Shown: positions 28,049-38,681 of the stretch, piece after piece
How positions within the stretch are numbered: position 1 is the first letter of the stretch
Layout of the letters: each line of letters begins with the position of its first letter
Assembly: GCA_049968255.1 (NCBI GenBank)
Contig: JBMFRB010000007.1
Coordinates: 96,001 to 160,000 of the forward strand
Direction of reading: 5' to 3'
Origin: Candidatus Sumerlaeaceae bacterium
GTDB lineage: Bacteria > Sumerlaeota > Sumerlaeia > Sumerlaeales > Sumerlaeaceae
DNA: 64,000 nucleotides
The notes under the pieces: generated by a model
What the model was told of the DNA's origin: nothing
The model's database searches: none
What the model saw: only the letters and a program-made list of their open reading frames with translations
Translations under genes and position numbers: made by a program

Positions 28049-29464
28049 TTAGCGCCAGCGCGCGACGGATGCGGTGCGGCGGAGCGCAAAGCCCTCGTAA
28101 TGGCGCATAAGAAGTTGCGATTCGATTTGCTTGAGAGTGTCGAGAGTCACACCGACTACAATGATGAGGCCAGTGCCGCCAATGAAATTCGCTGCAGGGA
28201 CAGGCATTCGGTAAGACGTTTCGAGAATGAGCGGCACAACCGCGATAGCAACTAGGAAAAGAGCGCCGCCGGTGGTGATGCGGGTGAGGACGTAATCGAT
28301 GTATTCCGCTGTAGGCTTGCCCGGGCGTTTTCCGGGGATGAATGCACCAGACTTTTTCAGATTGTTCGCGATGTCGTCCGGATTGAAAACGACAGCGGTA
28401 TAGAAGTAGCAGAAGAAGCCCGTAAGCAGAGCATAGAGCACAATGTAGAGGTTGATGCTTCGCAGAAGAAGGAAGATTCCGCCCTGTTCGAGGCCAAACC
28501 AACGTTGAAAGAGAGTATAGAGGTTGAAATTTGAGCCAGGGGAAAAGAGGTCGCCCAAGACGCCACCTCGGGCCCCAGAACCGAGATAGGAGGCAACAGT
28601 GGCGGGGAAAGTCAGGATTGCCGACGCAAAGATGACCGGAATCACGCCAGCCGTGTTGATCTTTAGCGGCAAATAGTTTGTTCCCCCCGCGAGGACCCGG
28701 CGTCCGACAACCTTTTTTGCATGCTGGATGGGGATACGGCGCGTGCCTTCCTGGACAAGCATGATAGCCATTGTCGCAATGACGAAAAGGATTGCGGTCA
28801 CGGGCGCCCAAATGGCTGGCACTCCCCCGTTGCTAATCTGGGCCCACAAGGATGCTATGTCGGTAGGATAGTGGGCAATAATGCCTGCAGCAATGATTAT
28901 GGAGATTCCGTTGCCGATGCCTTTCTCGCTGATGCGCTCGCCAAGCCACATAATGAAGCACGTGCCCGTGGTCATGGCGATGATCGTGACGACAAGGAAA
29001 AGTCCGGTATAGCCGCCATGCATGTAGGTGAGTCGCTCTTTGAGAAGCATGATCCCAAGGCCAAGCGACTGAAAGGCTGCAAGGAAGACGGTGCCAATGC
29101 GGGTCCACCGGTTGATTTTTCGTTGGCCGAGGACGCCCTCTTGCTGGATCTTTTGAATCTGGGGGAAAACCACCGCCATGAGCTGAATGATGATTGAGAC
29201 GCTAATGTAGGGCATAATGCCCAGAGCAAAGACACTCATGTTGCGGAAGGCATAGCCGCCGAAGAGGTCCACGACTTGGAAAATTCCTCCGCCGCCTTGC
29301 GCCATTCTGCTGATGAATTCCTGCAGGGCGTGGCGGTCAATAAACGGAGTCGGGATATGAGCTCCGATCCGGTAGACTACGAGGATCATCAGTGTGTAGA
29401 GGACCTTCTTTTTGAGGTCCGGAATTTTCCAAATGTTGCCGAGGGCGCCTATACTTCCAATCAC
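28049..29464 (-). CDS. secY: Preprotein translocase subunit SecY
   Basis: FALGIMPYIS, WLGERISEKGIGNGISIII, GVIPVIFA, IPGKRPG and GGTGLIIVVGV. Confidence 0.98.
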   Translation of the reverse strand: MIGSIGALGNIWKIPDLKKKVLYTLMILVVYRIGAHIPTPFIDRHALQEFISRMAQGGGGIFQVVDLFGGYAFRNMSVFALGIMPYISVSIIIQLMAVVFPQIQKIQQEGVLGQRKINRWTRIGTVFLAAFQSLGLGIMLLKERLTYMHGGYTGLFLVVTIIAMTTGTCFIMWLGERISEKGIGNGISIIIAAGIIAHYPTDIASLWAQISNGGVPAIWAPVTAILFVIATMAIMLVQEGTRRIPIQHAKKVVGRRVLAGGTNYLPLKINTAGVIPVIFASAILTFPATVASYLGSGARGGVLGDLFSPGSNFNLYTLFQRWFGLEQGGIFLLLRSINLYIVLYALLTGFFCYFYTAVVFNPDDIANNLKKSGAFIPGKRPGKPTAEYIDYVLTRITTGGALFLVAIAVVPLILETSYRMPVPAANFIGGTGLIIVVGVTLDTLKQIESQLLMRHYEGFALRRTASVARWR

Positions 29465-29526
29465 TTGTCCGGCCTTCTGTTGTCAAAAGAGTCGTTTAGC
29501 GTATTCGCTCGGTACCAGCGGGAGAT

Positions 29527-29982
29527 TTACGCGCTGGGTACTGATTCAGCTACTCCGCCGGCGGCCTGAATCTTCTCAATGGCACCTTTGGAGAAAGCAG
29601 TAGCTTTGACTGTCAGCTTTTTGGTGAGTTCGCCTTTGCCAAGGATTTTCACCCGCTTTGCGCTGGTTGGTATTTTGCCAGCTTTCTTGAGCATATCGAG
29701 ATCCACAACGGTATTGTCGTCGAAGCAATTCAGGACGCTCACATTGACGACGTCATACTCGACACGGAAAGGATTATGGAAGCCACGCTTAGGGACGCGC
29801 CGAATGAGTGGCATTTGCCCGCCCTCGAAAGCGCCACCGTAGCCTTTTCCGCGGCCGCTACGAGCCTGCGAGCCTTTATTTCCGTGTCCGGCCGACTTGC
29901 CAAGCCCGGATGCCTCGCCGCGGCCACGACGTTTCCGCTTCTGCAGACGCCCAGGGTCTTTCCCAAGCTCATGAATTTTCAT
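29527..29982 (-). CDS. rplO: 50S ribosomal protein L15
   Basis: RGRGEASGLGK, FEGGQMPL..RVPKRGF and KIQAAGG. Confidence 0.97.
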   Translation of the reverse strand: MKIHELGKDPGRLQKRKRRGRGEASGLGKSAGHGNKGSQARSGRGKGYGGAFEGGQMPLIRRVPKRGFHNPFRVEYDVVNVSVLNCFDDNTVVDLDMLKKAGKIPTSAKRVKILGKGELTKKLTVKATAFSKGAIEKIQAAGGVAESVPSA

Positions 29983-30170
29983 GCTTCTTCCACCTTTTCT
30001 ACTTTGCAGAGGTAACCAACCTGATCAAGCATCCCCTTGATTTGAGGCGTAAGTGTGTGAACTTTCGATTGATTGAGATGAGTAAAACCGAGCGCACGCA
30101 GGGTGCGACGGTGCTTGTGAAGGCGATTGATTCCGCTTTTTACCCAGGTGATTTTGACTTTTTCTGCCAT
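29979..30170 (-). CDS. rpmD: 50S ribosomal protein L30
   Basis: KITWVKSGI..TLRALG..TPQIKGM; lies between rpsE and rplO. Confidence 0.93.
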   Translation of the reverse strand: MAEKVKITWVKSGINRLHKHRRTLRALGFTHLNQSKVHTLTPQIKGMLDQVGYLCKVEKVEEA

Positions 30171-30191
30171 TGTTGAGCGTGCCTCCTAAGC

Positions 30192-30947
30192 TCAGGCTGA
30201 GGCGCCTTCGCCCCCCTGCACGGGAGCCGAGGCGGCCACTTTCTGTTCCATTAGTTGCGAAGCTCGCTTCTTACCAACGATATGCTCCAATTCTTTGTTT
30301 CGAGATTTGGCAACCTCTTCCGCGCTCAGCAGCGACGAAAGTGCGCTGATTGTGGCTTTCACAACATTTATCTTATTGTTCGTGCCGAGCACCTTGGTGA
30401 GAACGTCGCCGACGCCCGCGAGCTGGAGCACCGCGCGTACCGCCGGCCCCGCGATAATTCCCGTACCCTCGGCGGCGGGTCGCAACATGACCTTGGCTGC
30501 ACCAAAGTGGCCGATAATCGGATGAGGAATTGTGCGCCCGACGAGCGGGACGCGAACGATATTCTTCTTTGCGTCTTCGACAGCTTTCGCGATGGCTTCT
30601 GGAACCTCATTGGCTTTGCCGAAACCTGCGCCCACGTGGCCATTGCCGTCGCCCACCACAACGAGAGCAGCAAAGCTGAACCGCCGACCGCCCTTCACTA
30701 CTTTGGCGGTGCGGTTGAGCATCACGAGCTCTTCTTTGAGGGCCAGCTCACTGACGGAGATCTTATTGCGAGAGCTTTCCCAAATGCGATAGAGAGACTC
30801 GACTGGAGGCTCGGCGCCAACCGCGCTAGCATCATGAGTGGCCTGGGATGCGTCAGCCGCGGCGTTCGCGCCGTTGCTTTCCTGAGGCGACGTCTCGCTA
30901 GGCGAGGGTGTCTCTTGCATTTTGTTTTCCGGGGCTTCTGGATTCAT
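30192..30947 (-). CDS. rpsE: 30S ribosomal protein S5 with terminal extensions
   Basis: [21 protein letters not shown] and GTGIIAG. Start uncertain. Confidence 0.96.
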   Translation of the reverse strand: MNPEAPENKMQETPSPSETSPQESNGANAAADASQATHDASAVGAEPPVESLYRIWESSRNKISVSELALKEELVMLNRTAKVVKGGRRFSFAALVVVGDGNGHVGAGFGKANEVPEAIAKAVEDAKKNIVRVPLVGRTIPHPIIGHFGAAKVMLRPAAEGTGIIAGPAVRAVLQLAGVGDVLTKVLGTNNKINVVKATISALSSLLSAEEVAKSRNKELEHIVGKKRASQLMEQKVAASAPVQGGEGASA

Positions 30948-31002
30948 GCTCACCGTTTTCCTGCCTTTTTCCAACCTCGTGTATTGAGCGTAACCAACGC
31001 CA

Positions 31003-31371
31003 TTAGAATTTTAATCCACTTTCGCGAACCGCTTCCGCAAAAGCCTTCACGACGCCGTGGTAGGGGTATCCACTGCGATCGAATACGACCTTTGTGATTC
31101 CTGCGGCGATCGCTTTTTCGGCGATTTCCTTGCCAAGACGCTTTGCGTACTCCTGATTGGCGAAGGTCTTTCTGCCTTCGGCCTTCAGTGTTTTCGTGTT
31201 CGTCGTGACCGCGGCCAACGTGCGTCCGGCCAAGTCGTCCACGAGCTGTGCGTAGAGATGCCGTAGGCTTTTGTAAATGCAAAGACGCGGTCGTTCCGGA
31301 GTTCCGGAAACTTTTTTGCGTATGCGCTTTTTGCGGCGTTCACGCAATTCGTATTTGTGTTTAATCAACAT
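31003..31371 (-). CDS. rplR: 50S ribosomal protein L18
   Basis: GTPERPRL and [12 protein letters not shown]. Confidence 0.97.
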   Translation of the reverse strand: MLIKHKYELRERRKKRIRKKVSGTPERPRLCIYKSLRHLYAQLVDDLAGRTLAAVTTNTKTLKAEGRKTFANQEYAKRLGKEIAEKAIAAGITKVVFDRSGYPYHGVVKAFAEAVRESGLKF

Positions 31372-31430
31372 AGAGTTTCACCCTTCCGTCCACCGCGAGT
31401 AGGTGGCACATTGCCTTGGGTTGTGATGTG

Positions 31431-31970
31431 TTACTTTGCACCTGCTTTTCCAACTTTGCGGAGAATCTTCTCATCCACGTACTTGATCCCTTTGCCCTTG
31501 TAGGGTTCAGGCGGCCGCAGGGCGCGAATGTTTGCGGCCACTTGGCCGACTGCCTGTTTGTCGTACCCGGAAACGATAATCGAAGTAGGCTTTGGGACCT
31601 CGATAGTAATACCGGTGGGGGGATCGAATTCCACGGGGTGCGAATAGCCCAATTGGAGCACAAGCTTTTTGCCCTCCATAGAGGCGCGGTAGCCGACACC
31701 GTTAATTTCAAGCTCCTTTTTGAAGCCTTCGCTGACACCGATGACCATATTGCGGATAAGGCGCTGGGCCAAGCCGTGAAACGCTCGGGCCTGCCGATCA
31801 TCGCCATGACGCGAGACGTGCACAGCACCATCGCGAACCTCAGCCGACACACGATCTGGCAGCACCCACGTCATTTGACCTTTGGGCCCTTTGACGACGA
31901 TCTCGTTGACCGTGATTTTGACCTCAGTGCCTTTCGGGATCGGTACAGGTACTTTTCCTATCCGGCTCAT
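31431..31970 (-). CDS. rplF: 50S ribosomal protein L6
   Basis: MSRIGK, GVGYRA, LGYSHP and PPEPYKGKGI. Confidence 0.98.
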   Translation of the reverse strand: MSRIGKVPVPIPKGTEVKITVNEIVVKGPKGQMTWVLPDRVSAEVRDGAVHVSRHGDDRQARAFHGLAQRLIRNMVIGVSEGFKKELEINGVGYRASMEGKKLVLQLGYSHPVEFDPPTGITIEVPKPTSIIVSGYDKQAVGQVAANIRALRPPEPYKGKGIKYVDEKILRKVGKAGAK

Positions 31971-32032
31971 CTTTTTTATCTTTCCTGCTTAGTCACTTGT
32001 TTGAAACACTCTTGGGCGTTGCCTTCTTTTGT

Positions 32033-32434
32033 TCACCACACAGCGCAGAGAACTTCACCGCCCAGATTGCGACGGCGACACTCTTTGTCCGTCATAATTC
32101 CTTGGCTGGTGGAAACGATAGTAATTCCCAGTCCACCGAGCGTTTTCGGGATTTCGCGTGCTCCGGCGTACTTACGGATGCCAGGCTTGGAAATACGCTC
32201 GAGCCCATGGATAATTCGCTCCTTGTTCGGGCCGTAACGCAGGAGGATCTTGATCGGGGGTTTCTTTCGCCCCTTTGGCGTCCAGAAGCACGCCTTGATG
32301 TAGCCCTCATCGCGAAGTATTTTAGCAATTTCCAATTTGATGCGAGAGTAGGGCACTTCCACTTCCTCGTGATACGCGATATTCGCGTTGCGAATACGGG
32401 TCAGCATGTCTGCGATTGGGTCTGTAACCGGCAT
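32033..32434 (-). CDS. rpsH: 30S ribosomal protein S8
   Basis: [18 protein letters not shown] and STSQG..GGEVL. Confidence 0.98.
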   Translation of the reverse strand: MPVTDPIADMLTRIRNANIAYHEEVEVPYSRIKLEIAKILRDEGYIKACFWTPKGRKKPPIKILLRYGPNKERIIHGLERISKPGIRKYAGAREIPKTLGGLGITIVSTSQGIMTDKECRRRNLGGEVLCAVW

Positions 32435-32543
32435 AACGATTTACTTTTGATCCTCCATCATGAGCGGTAGTTCGGCTGCGCCGCTTGCCGCTGTCTGTGG
32501 CGCCTGACTTGAGGCGCTGAAAACTTTTTCTAGCATTAGGCTC

Positions 32544-32729
32544 TTACCACGAGCTTTTTCGCACGCCTGGGATTTGTCCGCGGCTCGCGAGATTCCGGAA
32601 ACAAATACGGCACATATTGAAATCGCGCATGAAGGCACGCGCGCGGCCACACAGTGGGCAGCGGTTGCGTTTGCGCGTTGAGAATTTCGGCGAAACTTTA
32701 GCTTTGTATTCTTTTGCACACGTTGACAT
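32544..32729 (-). CDS. rpsZ: 30S ribosomal protein S14, type Z (zinc-binding)
   Basis: 61 aa; [20 protein letters not shown]. Confidence 0.95.
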   Translation of the reverse strand: MSTCAKEYKAKVSPKFSTRKRNRCPLCGRARAFMRDFNMCRICFRNLASRGQIPGVRKSSW

Positions 32730-32760
32730 GGTAACCTTTCACCTTCTTACCGTTCTTCGT

Positions 32761-33426
32761 TTATTTGCTCCGGAATGGGAACCCGAAGAGCCGCAGCAGC
32801 TCTAAGGCCTCCTCATCATTCTTTGCCGTGGTGACTGTGGTGATGTTCATGCCAAGCACCGTGGTCACTTTGTTGATGTCGAGTTCCATAAAAATTGTGT
32901 GCTCGCGCACACCCATGGAATGGTTTCCACGACCATCGAAGCTTCGCGTAGGCAGGCCACGGAAGTCGCGGATACGGGGGATGGAAATGCGGATGAGACG
33001 CTCGAGGAACTCATACATGCGGTTGCCGCGCAGGGTGACGAAGCAGCCCACCGGCATACCTGTGCGAATCTTGAATGCGCTAATGGATTTTTTCGCGCGA
33101 GCGAGTTTTGGTTTTTGGCCGGTGATGAGGGCCAAGTCGCGCATAGCTGCTTCAAGAAGTTTCGGATCACGGGAGGCTTCGCCCACTCCCATATTGACCA
33201 CAACTTTCTCGATGCGAGGCACCTGCATGACGTTCTTGTAGGCGAAGCGCTTCACCATCGCGGGGATGATTTCCTCGCGATATTTGCGCTTCAGGCTTGG
33301 CACGTAATCCTTGAGCTGGGCACGCTCCTCAGCGCTAAGTTCGTCAGCGGCCGAGAGCTTGCCTACTTCCGGCCCGCTTGCCGATTGCTCATTCTTTTTC
33401 TCTTTCTTCGCTTTGGCTTCCGCCAT
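32761..33426 (-). CDS. rplE: 50S ribosomal protein L5 with N-terminal extension
   Basis: [25 protein letters not shown] and FDGRGN. Confidence 0.97.
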   Translation of the reverse strand: MAEAKAKKEKKNEQSASGPEVGKLSAADELSAEERAQLKDYVPSLKRKYREEIIPAMVKRFAYKNVMQVPRIEKVVVNMGVGEASRDPKLLEAAMRDLALITGQKPKLARAKKSISAFKIRTGMPVGCFVTLRGNRMYEFLERLIRISIPRIRDFRGLPTRSFDGRGNHSMGVREHTIFMELDINKVTTVLGMNITTVTTAKNDEEALELLRLFGFPFRSK

Positions 33427-33494
33427 GTTCCATTTCCTCTCTGGTATAAGTGACGGCTTTGTGCGTCACCGTAGCTCCGGTTTTAGAGAATGGA

Positions 33495-33809
33495 TCAAAG
33501 GACGCTGCCGCACCCTTTGCAGACTCGTTGTTTTGCGCCGTCCGACGTCATGCGCGAGGCGAAGCGGACGCCCTTTTTGCATTTCTCGCAATAGAGCATA
33601 AGATTCGAGATGTGGATAGGGGCTTCGCGCTCGACAATGCCGCCAGGCTGGTTCGGGCCGCGGGCGCGCATGTGACGCTTGATCATGTTGACGTTTTCCA
33701 CCACTGCGCGATTCTTCTTGGGAATCACGTAGAGGACGCGCGACACTAGCCCGCGATTCTTTCCCGTGATGACAACCACACGATCATTCTTTTTGATTCT
33801 CAGCGACAT
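33495..33809 (-). CDS. rplX: 50S ribosomal protein L24
   Basis: KOW motif [27 protein letters not shown] and C-terminal CxxC pairs. Confidence 0.96.
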   Translation of the reverse strand: MSLRIKKNDRVVVITGKNRGLVSRVLYVIPKKNRAVVENVNMIKRHMRARGPNQPGGIVEREAPIHISNLMLYCEKCKKGVRFASRMTSDGAKQRVCKGCGSVL

Positions 33810-33823
33810 AGTTTCCTGTTCCC

Positions 33824-34192
33824 TCAAATCACCTCAGGAGCCAGCGAGATGATTTTCATGAAATTCTTTTTACGCAGCTCGCGACCGACGGCACCAAAGA
33901 TGCGGGTCCCGATTGGTTCGTTCTGGTTGTTAATAATGACGGCTGCATTGCTATCGAACTTGACGTAGGAGCCGTCCTCGCGCGCGAGTTCTTTCGTCGT
34001 GCGCACAACCACGGCGCGCACCACGCTCCCCTTTTTGACCGTGGCATCGGGGCTGGCCTCGCGCACACTGGCAACAATGATGTCACCAATTCGCGCGTAG
34101 CGTCGGCGCGTGCCGCCCAAAACTTTGAAGCAGCGGATCTTTTTTGCACCGGTGTTGTCAGCTACGTCGAGTACGGTGTATTCTTGAATCAT
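33824..34192 (-). CDS. rplN: 50S ribosomal protein L14
   Basis: [14 protein letters not shown] and [10 protein letters not shown]. Confidence 0.98.
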   Translation of the reverse strand: MIQEYTVLDVADNTGAKKIRCFKVLGGTRRRYARIGDIIVASVREASPDATVKKGSVVRAVVVRTTKELAREDGSYVKFDSNAAVIINNQNEPIGTRIFGAVGRELRKKNFMKIISLAPEVI

Positions 34193-34258
34193 ATTCCTTC
34201 ACCCTAGTCCATTGTATCACGAAGCATTTCTCTCTTCGGCTTCTCGCGAGACGCAGGG

Positions 34259-34534
34259 TCAACGCGCTCGTTCCAAGATAGCCTGGACACGCCACCTTTT
34301 GAGCTTGCTTAGCGGACGTGTCTCGATGACCTGCACAAGGTCGCCTTCATGAGCATCGTTCTTTTCGTCGTGGGCATAGACCTTGGAGGTGCGCCGAATG
34401 TATTTCTTGTAGAGTGGGTGCATGACAAACCGCTCGATGGCGACCACGACGGTCTTGTTCATTCTTTCACTGACGACCCGCCCGACGCGAACTTTGCGGT
34501 AACCTCGCTGTGTTGCTGTTTTTTTCTTAGCCAT
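34259..34534 (-). CDS. rpsQ: 30S ribosomal protein S17
   Basis: GRVVS..KTVVV, HPLYKK, AHDE and [11 protein letters not shown]. Confidence 0.97.
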   Translation of the reverse strand: MAKKKTATQRGYRKVRVGRVVSERMNKTVVVAIERFVMHPLYKKYIRRTSKVYAHDEKNDAHEGDLVQVIETRPLSKLKRWRVQAILERAR

Positions 34535-34575
34535 TGTTTCCTCTCTAAACCTTCAACCCTCTTGGCCAGCTGCCC

Positions 34576-34794
34576 TCATGCTTGCTGCGGTTGCTGCTTT
34601 GCTTCGCGCATCTTTTCGCCAATCACCATTTTCAGGCGGGCGATGTCTCGGCGCTCTTGGCGCAGCAGCGCGGTGTTTTGGAGTTCTTTGATCGTGGCCT
34701 GTACCCGATGCTCGTAGTATTGTTTGAGCAACTGAGCCAGGCGCTCCTGAAGTTCCTCGATGGGCAGTGCCCGCAGTTCCTTCGCTTTGAGCAT
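34576..34794 (-). CDS. rpmC: 50S ribosomal protein L29
   Basis: KAKELR..RRDIARLK; lies between rplP and rpsQ. Confidence 0.92.
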   Translation of the reverse strand: MLKAKELRALPIEELQERLAQLLKQYYEHRVQATIKELQNTALLRQERRDIARLKMVIGEKMREAKQQPQQA

Positions 34795-34797
34795 TGG

Positions 34798-35211
34798 TCA
34801 GATCTCCTCCCGAACGAGGAATCGCGTTTTGATGGGCAATTTGTGAGCTGCCAAGCGCATTGCTTCTTCTGCGATGGCCTTGTCCACGCCTTCAAGCTCG
34901 AACATCACTCGACCGGGTTTGACGACAGCCACCCACTGTTCAGGGTTGCCTTTTCCTTTTCCCATGCGGGTTTCGGCCGGTTTCTTCGTCAGTGGCTTAT
35001 CGGGGAAAATGTTGATCCACAATTTCCCACCGCGTTTGACGTGGCGCGAGATGGCGACGCGAGCTGCTTCAATCTGGCGGTTCGTGATCCACCCCGCTTC
35101 GAGAGCCTGAAGGCCGAAGCTTCCGAAGTGCAATTCGCAGCCGCGGTAAGCTTTCCCGCGCCGGCGGCCTTTTTGGACCTTACGATGTTTTACGCGTTTT
35201 GGTAACAGCAT
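34798..35211 (-). CDS. rplP: 50S ribosomal protein L16
   Basis: [30 protein letters not shown] and KLPI. Confidence 0.98.
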   Translation of the reverse strand: MLLPKRVKHRKVQKGRRRGKAYRGCELHFGSFGLQALEAGWITNRQIEAARVAISRHVKRGGKLWINIFPDKPLTKKPAETRMGKGKGNPEQWVAVVKPGRVMFELEGVDKAIAEEAMRLAAHKLPIKTRFLVREEI

Positions 35212-35289
35212 TGTTCCGTATCCGACCTAGCTTTTTTCTACATTTTTGCTCGTTTCGCGTACTGTTGAGACAAGCTCTCCCGCCCGCGC

Positions 35290-35499
35290 TTAGGCCCTAA
35301 CAGCCATCACAAGGACGGCCATGAGCCCGAATTCCACGCTTCCGGTTCGAGCATGGTACTCAACCTGCTGGACTTCGAGATTCACAAGCCTCTCGTTGGG
35401 GTGAGCCTCGATGTACTCGTTAATCTTTTCTTCCAGCGAAATCTCGTCGCCAGCAGTGAGAATTCTGACAACGGGCTTTTCCAAGTCTCGCAATTCCAT
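35290..35499 (-). CDS. Small hypothetical protein (69 aa, Cse60/DUF2758-like) inserted in the S10 operon
   Basis: ATG with GGAG immediately upstream. VRIL..E..LEEKINEYI..V.LEVQ....AVLV pattern recalls DUF2758. Confidence 0.7.
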   Translation of the reverse strand: MELRDLEKPVVRILTAGDEISLEEKINEYIEAHPNERLVNLEVQQVEYHARTGSVEFGLMAVLVMAVRA

Positions 35500-35566
35500 A
35501 CTCCACCGCCCTCCGTGCACCGCATGCCAAGACAGGCTCATACACCTGGGCCTGTGCCCATAGAGG

Positions 35567-36235
35567 TCAGCTTGCCGGCACTTCAGCCACTATGGGAGTC
35601 TTTTTTTCTTCCAGGACTTCCCGAAGGAAGATCCAAACTTTGATTCCGATGACACCGTACTTGGTGCGCGCTTCAGCGAATCCGTAGTCGATGTCCGCAC
35701 GTAGCGTGTGCAGCGGAACACGCCCCTCACGGTACCACTCAGAGCGGGCGATTTCAGCCCCAGCAAGGCGCCCGCTGCACTGGATCTTGATCCCCTGCGC
35801 ACCAGCTTTGACCGATGCGAGAACTGTTCTCTTCATTGCACGGCGGAAACCGATTCGGCGCAGGAGCTGACTCGCAATATTTTCTGCCACGAGCTGAGCG
35901 CTAAGGTCCGGGCGCTTGACTTCTTCCACGTTGATGCTAATCTGCTTGCCGGTTCTTTGCTCAAGCTCCTTGCGGAACTTGTCAATCTCCTGGCCTTTGC
36001 GGCCGATGATGATTCCCGGCCGAGCAGTATGGATGGTGATTTTTGCTCGGTTGGAGGCGCGCTCGATGTCGACACGGGCAATGCCGGCATGGTAGAAACG
36101 TTTTTTGATCTCTTTGCGGATTGCGATGTCCTCGTGGAGAAGGTCACAATACGTTTTGCCCTGAGCGAACCAGCGGCCTTCCCAATTTTTTGTAATGCCG
36201 AGGCGGAATCCTATTGGATTTACTTTTTGTCCCAT
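35567..36235 (-). CDS. rpsC: 30S ribosomal protein S3
   Basis: [35 protein letters not shown] and [11 protein letters not shown]. Confidence 0.98.
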   Translation of the reverse strand: MGQKVNPIGFRLGITKNWEGRWFAQGKTYCDLLHEDIAIRKEIKKRFYHAGIARVDIERASNRAKITIHTARPGIIIGRKGQEIDKFRKELEQRTGKQISINVEEVKRPDLSAQLVAENIASQLLRRIGFRRAMKRTVLASVKAGAQGIKIQCSGRLAGAEIARSEWYREGRVPLHTLRADIDYGFAEARTKYGVIGIKVWIFLREVLEEKKTPIVAEVPAS

Positions 36236-36251
36236 CTGCTCCCGAACCTTC

Positions 36252-36623
36252 TTATACGTGATTCAAACGAACTGTGATGTGGCAGAACCGTTTGCGAACC
36301 CGAACAGCACGCCCCATGGGTGCAGCGCGGAAGCGCTTGAGCATGAAGGCGCCATCCACAAACACCTCGGAGATTACAAGCGAATCCGGATTTTCGACCT
36401 TCGCGTTGGCCTGTGCGTTGGCGCGTGCGCTTTTCAGGACTTTCATGACGGCAGGGGCCGCGCTCGGCTTATGAATCAGTTTCAACAGATCGAGCGCCTC
36501 TTTTACGCTCTTGCCGCGAATGAGATCACAGACGACGCGTGCTTTTCGCGCAGGCATCGGAGCAAAGCGATATCTCGCTTCGCTTACACATTCATAAATC
36601 TTCTCGCGTTTGGGCTTGCCCAT
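36252..36623 (-). CDS. rplV: 50S ribosomal protein L22
   Basis: [23 protein letters not shown] and HITV. SD GAGGAG before the ATG at 36623. Confidence 0.95.
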   Translation of the reverse strand: MGKPKREKIYECVSEARYRFAPMPARKARVVCDLIRGKSVKEALDLLKLIHKPSAAPAVMKVLKSARANAQANAKVENPDSLVISEVFVDGAFMLKRFRAAPMGRAVRVRKRFCHITVRLNHV

Positions 36624-36645
36624 GAGCGACTCCTCGTTCTCCAAC

Positions 36646-36930
36646 TCACTTCAGGCCAGTGGCTTTGGCGGTTTTTCCCCCGTGCGCTCGGAATGTGCGC
36701 GTTGGGGCAAACTCGCCCAGCTTGTGCCCGACCATGTTTTCGTTGATAAACACCGGCACGAAATTCTTGCCATTGTGGACGGCGATTGTAAGCCCCACCA
36801 TTTCGGGGGTGACCGTCGAAGCCCGGCTCCACGTTTTGATGACACGCTTGTCACCACTGCGTTGCGCCGCTTCGACGCGCTTCATCAGTTTCGGTTCGAC
36901 GTATGGACCTTTATGGACGCTACGAGGCAT
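36646..36930 (-). CDS. rpsS: 30S ribosomal protein S19
   Basis: RSVHKGP, KTWSRAS, VHNGK and [13 protein letters not shown]. Confidence 0.98.
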   Translation of the reverse strand: MPRSVHKGPYVEPKLMKRVEAAQRSGDKRVIKTWSRASTVTPEMVGLTIAVHNGKNFVPVFINENMVGHKLGEFAPTRTFRAHGGKTAKATGLK

Positions 36931-37760
36931 TACTTTTGACCTCTACGCTTGATAATATATTTCCAGCTTAGTTTGCGTGGATTACGAGTCTTCTTTCCTT
37001 TGGTCAGCCATCCCCAAGGTGAGCACGGATGCCGACCACCGGATGTTTTGCCTTCACCCCCACCGAGAGGATGGTCAACTGGGTTCATCGCGACGCCACG
37101 TACCTCTGGCCGTTTTCCGAGCCAGCGTGACCTCCCTGCTTTTCCGATGGATATATTTTCGTGGTCAAGGTTGCCGACCTGTCCGATTGTGGCTCGGCAT
37201 TCCCGATGGACAAGCCGCACTTCGCCAGAGGGAAGCCGCAAGGTGCAATAGTTCCCCTCTTTTGCGAGCAATTGCACAGAGGCCCCGGCGGAGCGAGCCA
37301 GTTGGGCTCCTTTTTTCGGCCGGAGCTCAACTGCATGCACCGTCGTGCCGACGGGGATTGCCCGCAAGGGTAGAGCGTTGCCGACTTGAATTTCTGCATT
37401 CTCGCCACTCATGACGGTGTCGCCCACGTTTAGACCGACGGGAGCGAGGATGTAGCGCTTCTCCCCGTCGGCGTAGTGCAGCAGCGCGATGCGCGCTGAG
37501 CGATTTGGATCATACTCGATCGCCGCAACCTTTGCGGCTATACCGTCTTTGTCGCGCTTGAAGTCAATAATGCGGTAAAGCCGTTTATGGCCCCCACCAA
37601 TCCAGCGCGAGGTGATCCGGCCTTGGTTGTTGCGGCCGCCGGTCTTCTTTAGACGTTCAACTAGCGAACCCTCGGGTTCGGTTTTGGTGATCTCTTCGAA
37701 TGTTGACACCGTCATTTGACGGCGTCCCGGCGTTATGGGTTTGAACGACTTGAGTCCCAT
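36930..37760 (-). CDS. rplB: 50S ribosomal protein L2
   Basis: [17 protein letters not shown] and [17 protein letters not shown]. Confidence 0.98.
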   Translation of the reverse strand: MGLKSFKPITPGRRQMTVSTFEEITKTEPEGSLVERLKKTGGRNNQGRITSRWIGGGHKRLYRIIDFKRDKDGIAAKVAAIEYDPNRSARIALLHYADGEKRYILAPVGLNVGDTVMSGENAEIQVGNALPLRAIPVGTTVHAVELRPKKGAQLARSAGASVQLLAKEGNYCTLRLPSGEVRLVHRECRATIGQVGNLDHENISIGKAGRSRWLGKRPEVRGVAMNPVDHPLGGGEGKTSGGRHPCSPWGWLTKGKKTRNPRKLSWKYIIKRRGQK

Positions 37761-38047
37761 TAGATGACCTCAATCTTGTAACCAGGTTGCAGGGTCACGT
37801 ACGCCTTTTTCCAGTCCGATGTTTTGCCCTCGAAGCGACCCTGACGCTTCGATTTGCCCTTCAAGCGGACTGTGTTTACGGCTTTCACCTTGACGTTATA
37901 GGCTTGCTCAACGGCTTTTTTGATTTCGACTTTGTTTGCGTCGAGGCGAACCTTGAAGACGTACTGCGGGCCGTCCTTACGCTCCGCAAGAAGCGTTGCC
38001 TTTTCCGTGATGACTGGCCGCTGGAGAATTTCGTATGGGCTCTTCAT
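37760..38047 (-). CDS. rplW: 50S ribosomal protein L23
   Basis: [18 protein letters not shown] and WKKAYVTL. Confidence 0.97.
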   Translation of the reverse strand: MKSPYEILQRPVITEKATLLAERKDGPQYVFKVRLDANKVEIKKAVEQAYNVKVKAVNTVRLKGKSKRQGRFEGKTSDWKKAYVTLQPGYKIEVI

Positions 38048-38673
38048 GCGATGGCCTCCTCGAGCTGCTTAATGGCCTCGGGCGTCGTAACAAGGGCATC
38101 GCACGTCAGGAGGCAGTAAATGTTTACATTGTTGACAGGGATGACCAGGACATTGGGCAAGTTGCGTGCGGAGCGGAGAATTCGCTCATCTGGCTGCGGC
38201 AATACGACGAGAATTCGCTTCTCGTTTGCCACACCAATGCCCTCGAGGATGCCGAGGAATTTCTTCGTTTTGATTTCATCAACCACCAAGGAGGCCACCA
38301 CCTTGATCCGACTCTGGCGTACGAGATCGCTCAGGGCCGAATAGAGGGCAGCCCGCTTGACCTTTTTGTTCACCTTCTGGTTGTAGTCACGCGGCTGAGG
38401 GCCAAAAATAATTGCTCCGCCACGCCACTGAGGTGCACGAATCGACCCTTGGCGAGCGCGGCCAGTTCCTTTCTGGCGCCACGGCTTACGGCCGCCGCCG
38501 CTGACCATGCCCCGGGTCTTCGTGGAGTGTGTGCCTTGGCGCTGGTTTGCCTCGTAAGCCAGCAGGGCCTGGCGGACACAGTTGACGTTAGGCTCAACAG
38601 CGAACACATCATCGCGTACGTTGATCGAGCCGGTGGTCTCGCCTTTGAGATTGATGACGGATAGCTGTGCCAT
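38044..38673 (-). CDS. rplD: 50S ribosomal protein L4
   Basis: [31 protein letters not shown] and SARNLP. Alternative start at 38682. Confidence 0.97.
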   Translation of the reverse strand: MAQLSVINLKGETTGSINVRDDVFAVEPNVNCVRQALLAYEANQRQGTHSTKTRGMVSGGGRKPWRQKGTGRARQGSIRAPQWRGGAIIFGPQPRDYNQKVNKKVKRAALYSALSDLVRQSRIKVVASLVVDEIKTKKFLGILEGIGVANEKRILVVLPQPDERILRSARNLPNVLVIPVNNVNIYCLLTCDALVTTPEAIKQLEEAIA

Positions 38674-38681
38674 AATTGCCA

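Noticed and set aside
32441-32536. Possible 31-aa ORF between rpsZ and rpsH
   Set aside because: No SD and low-information sequence. More likely a spacer.
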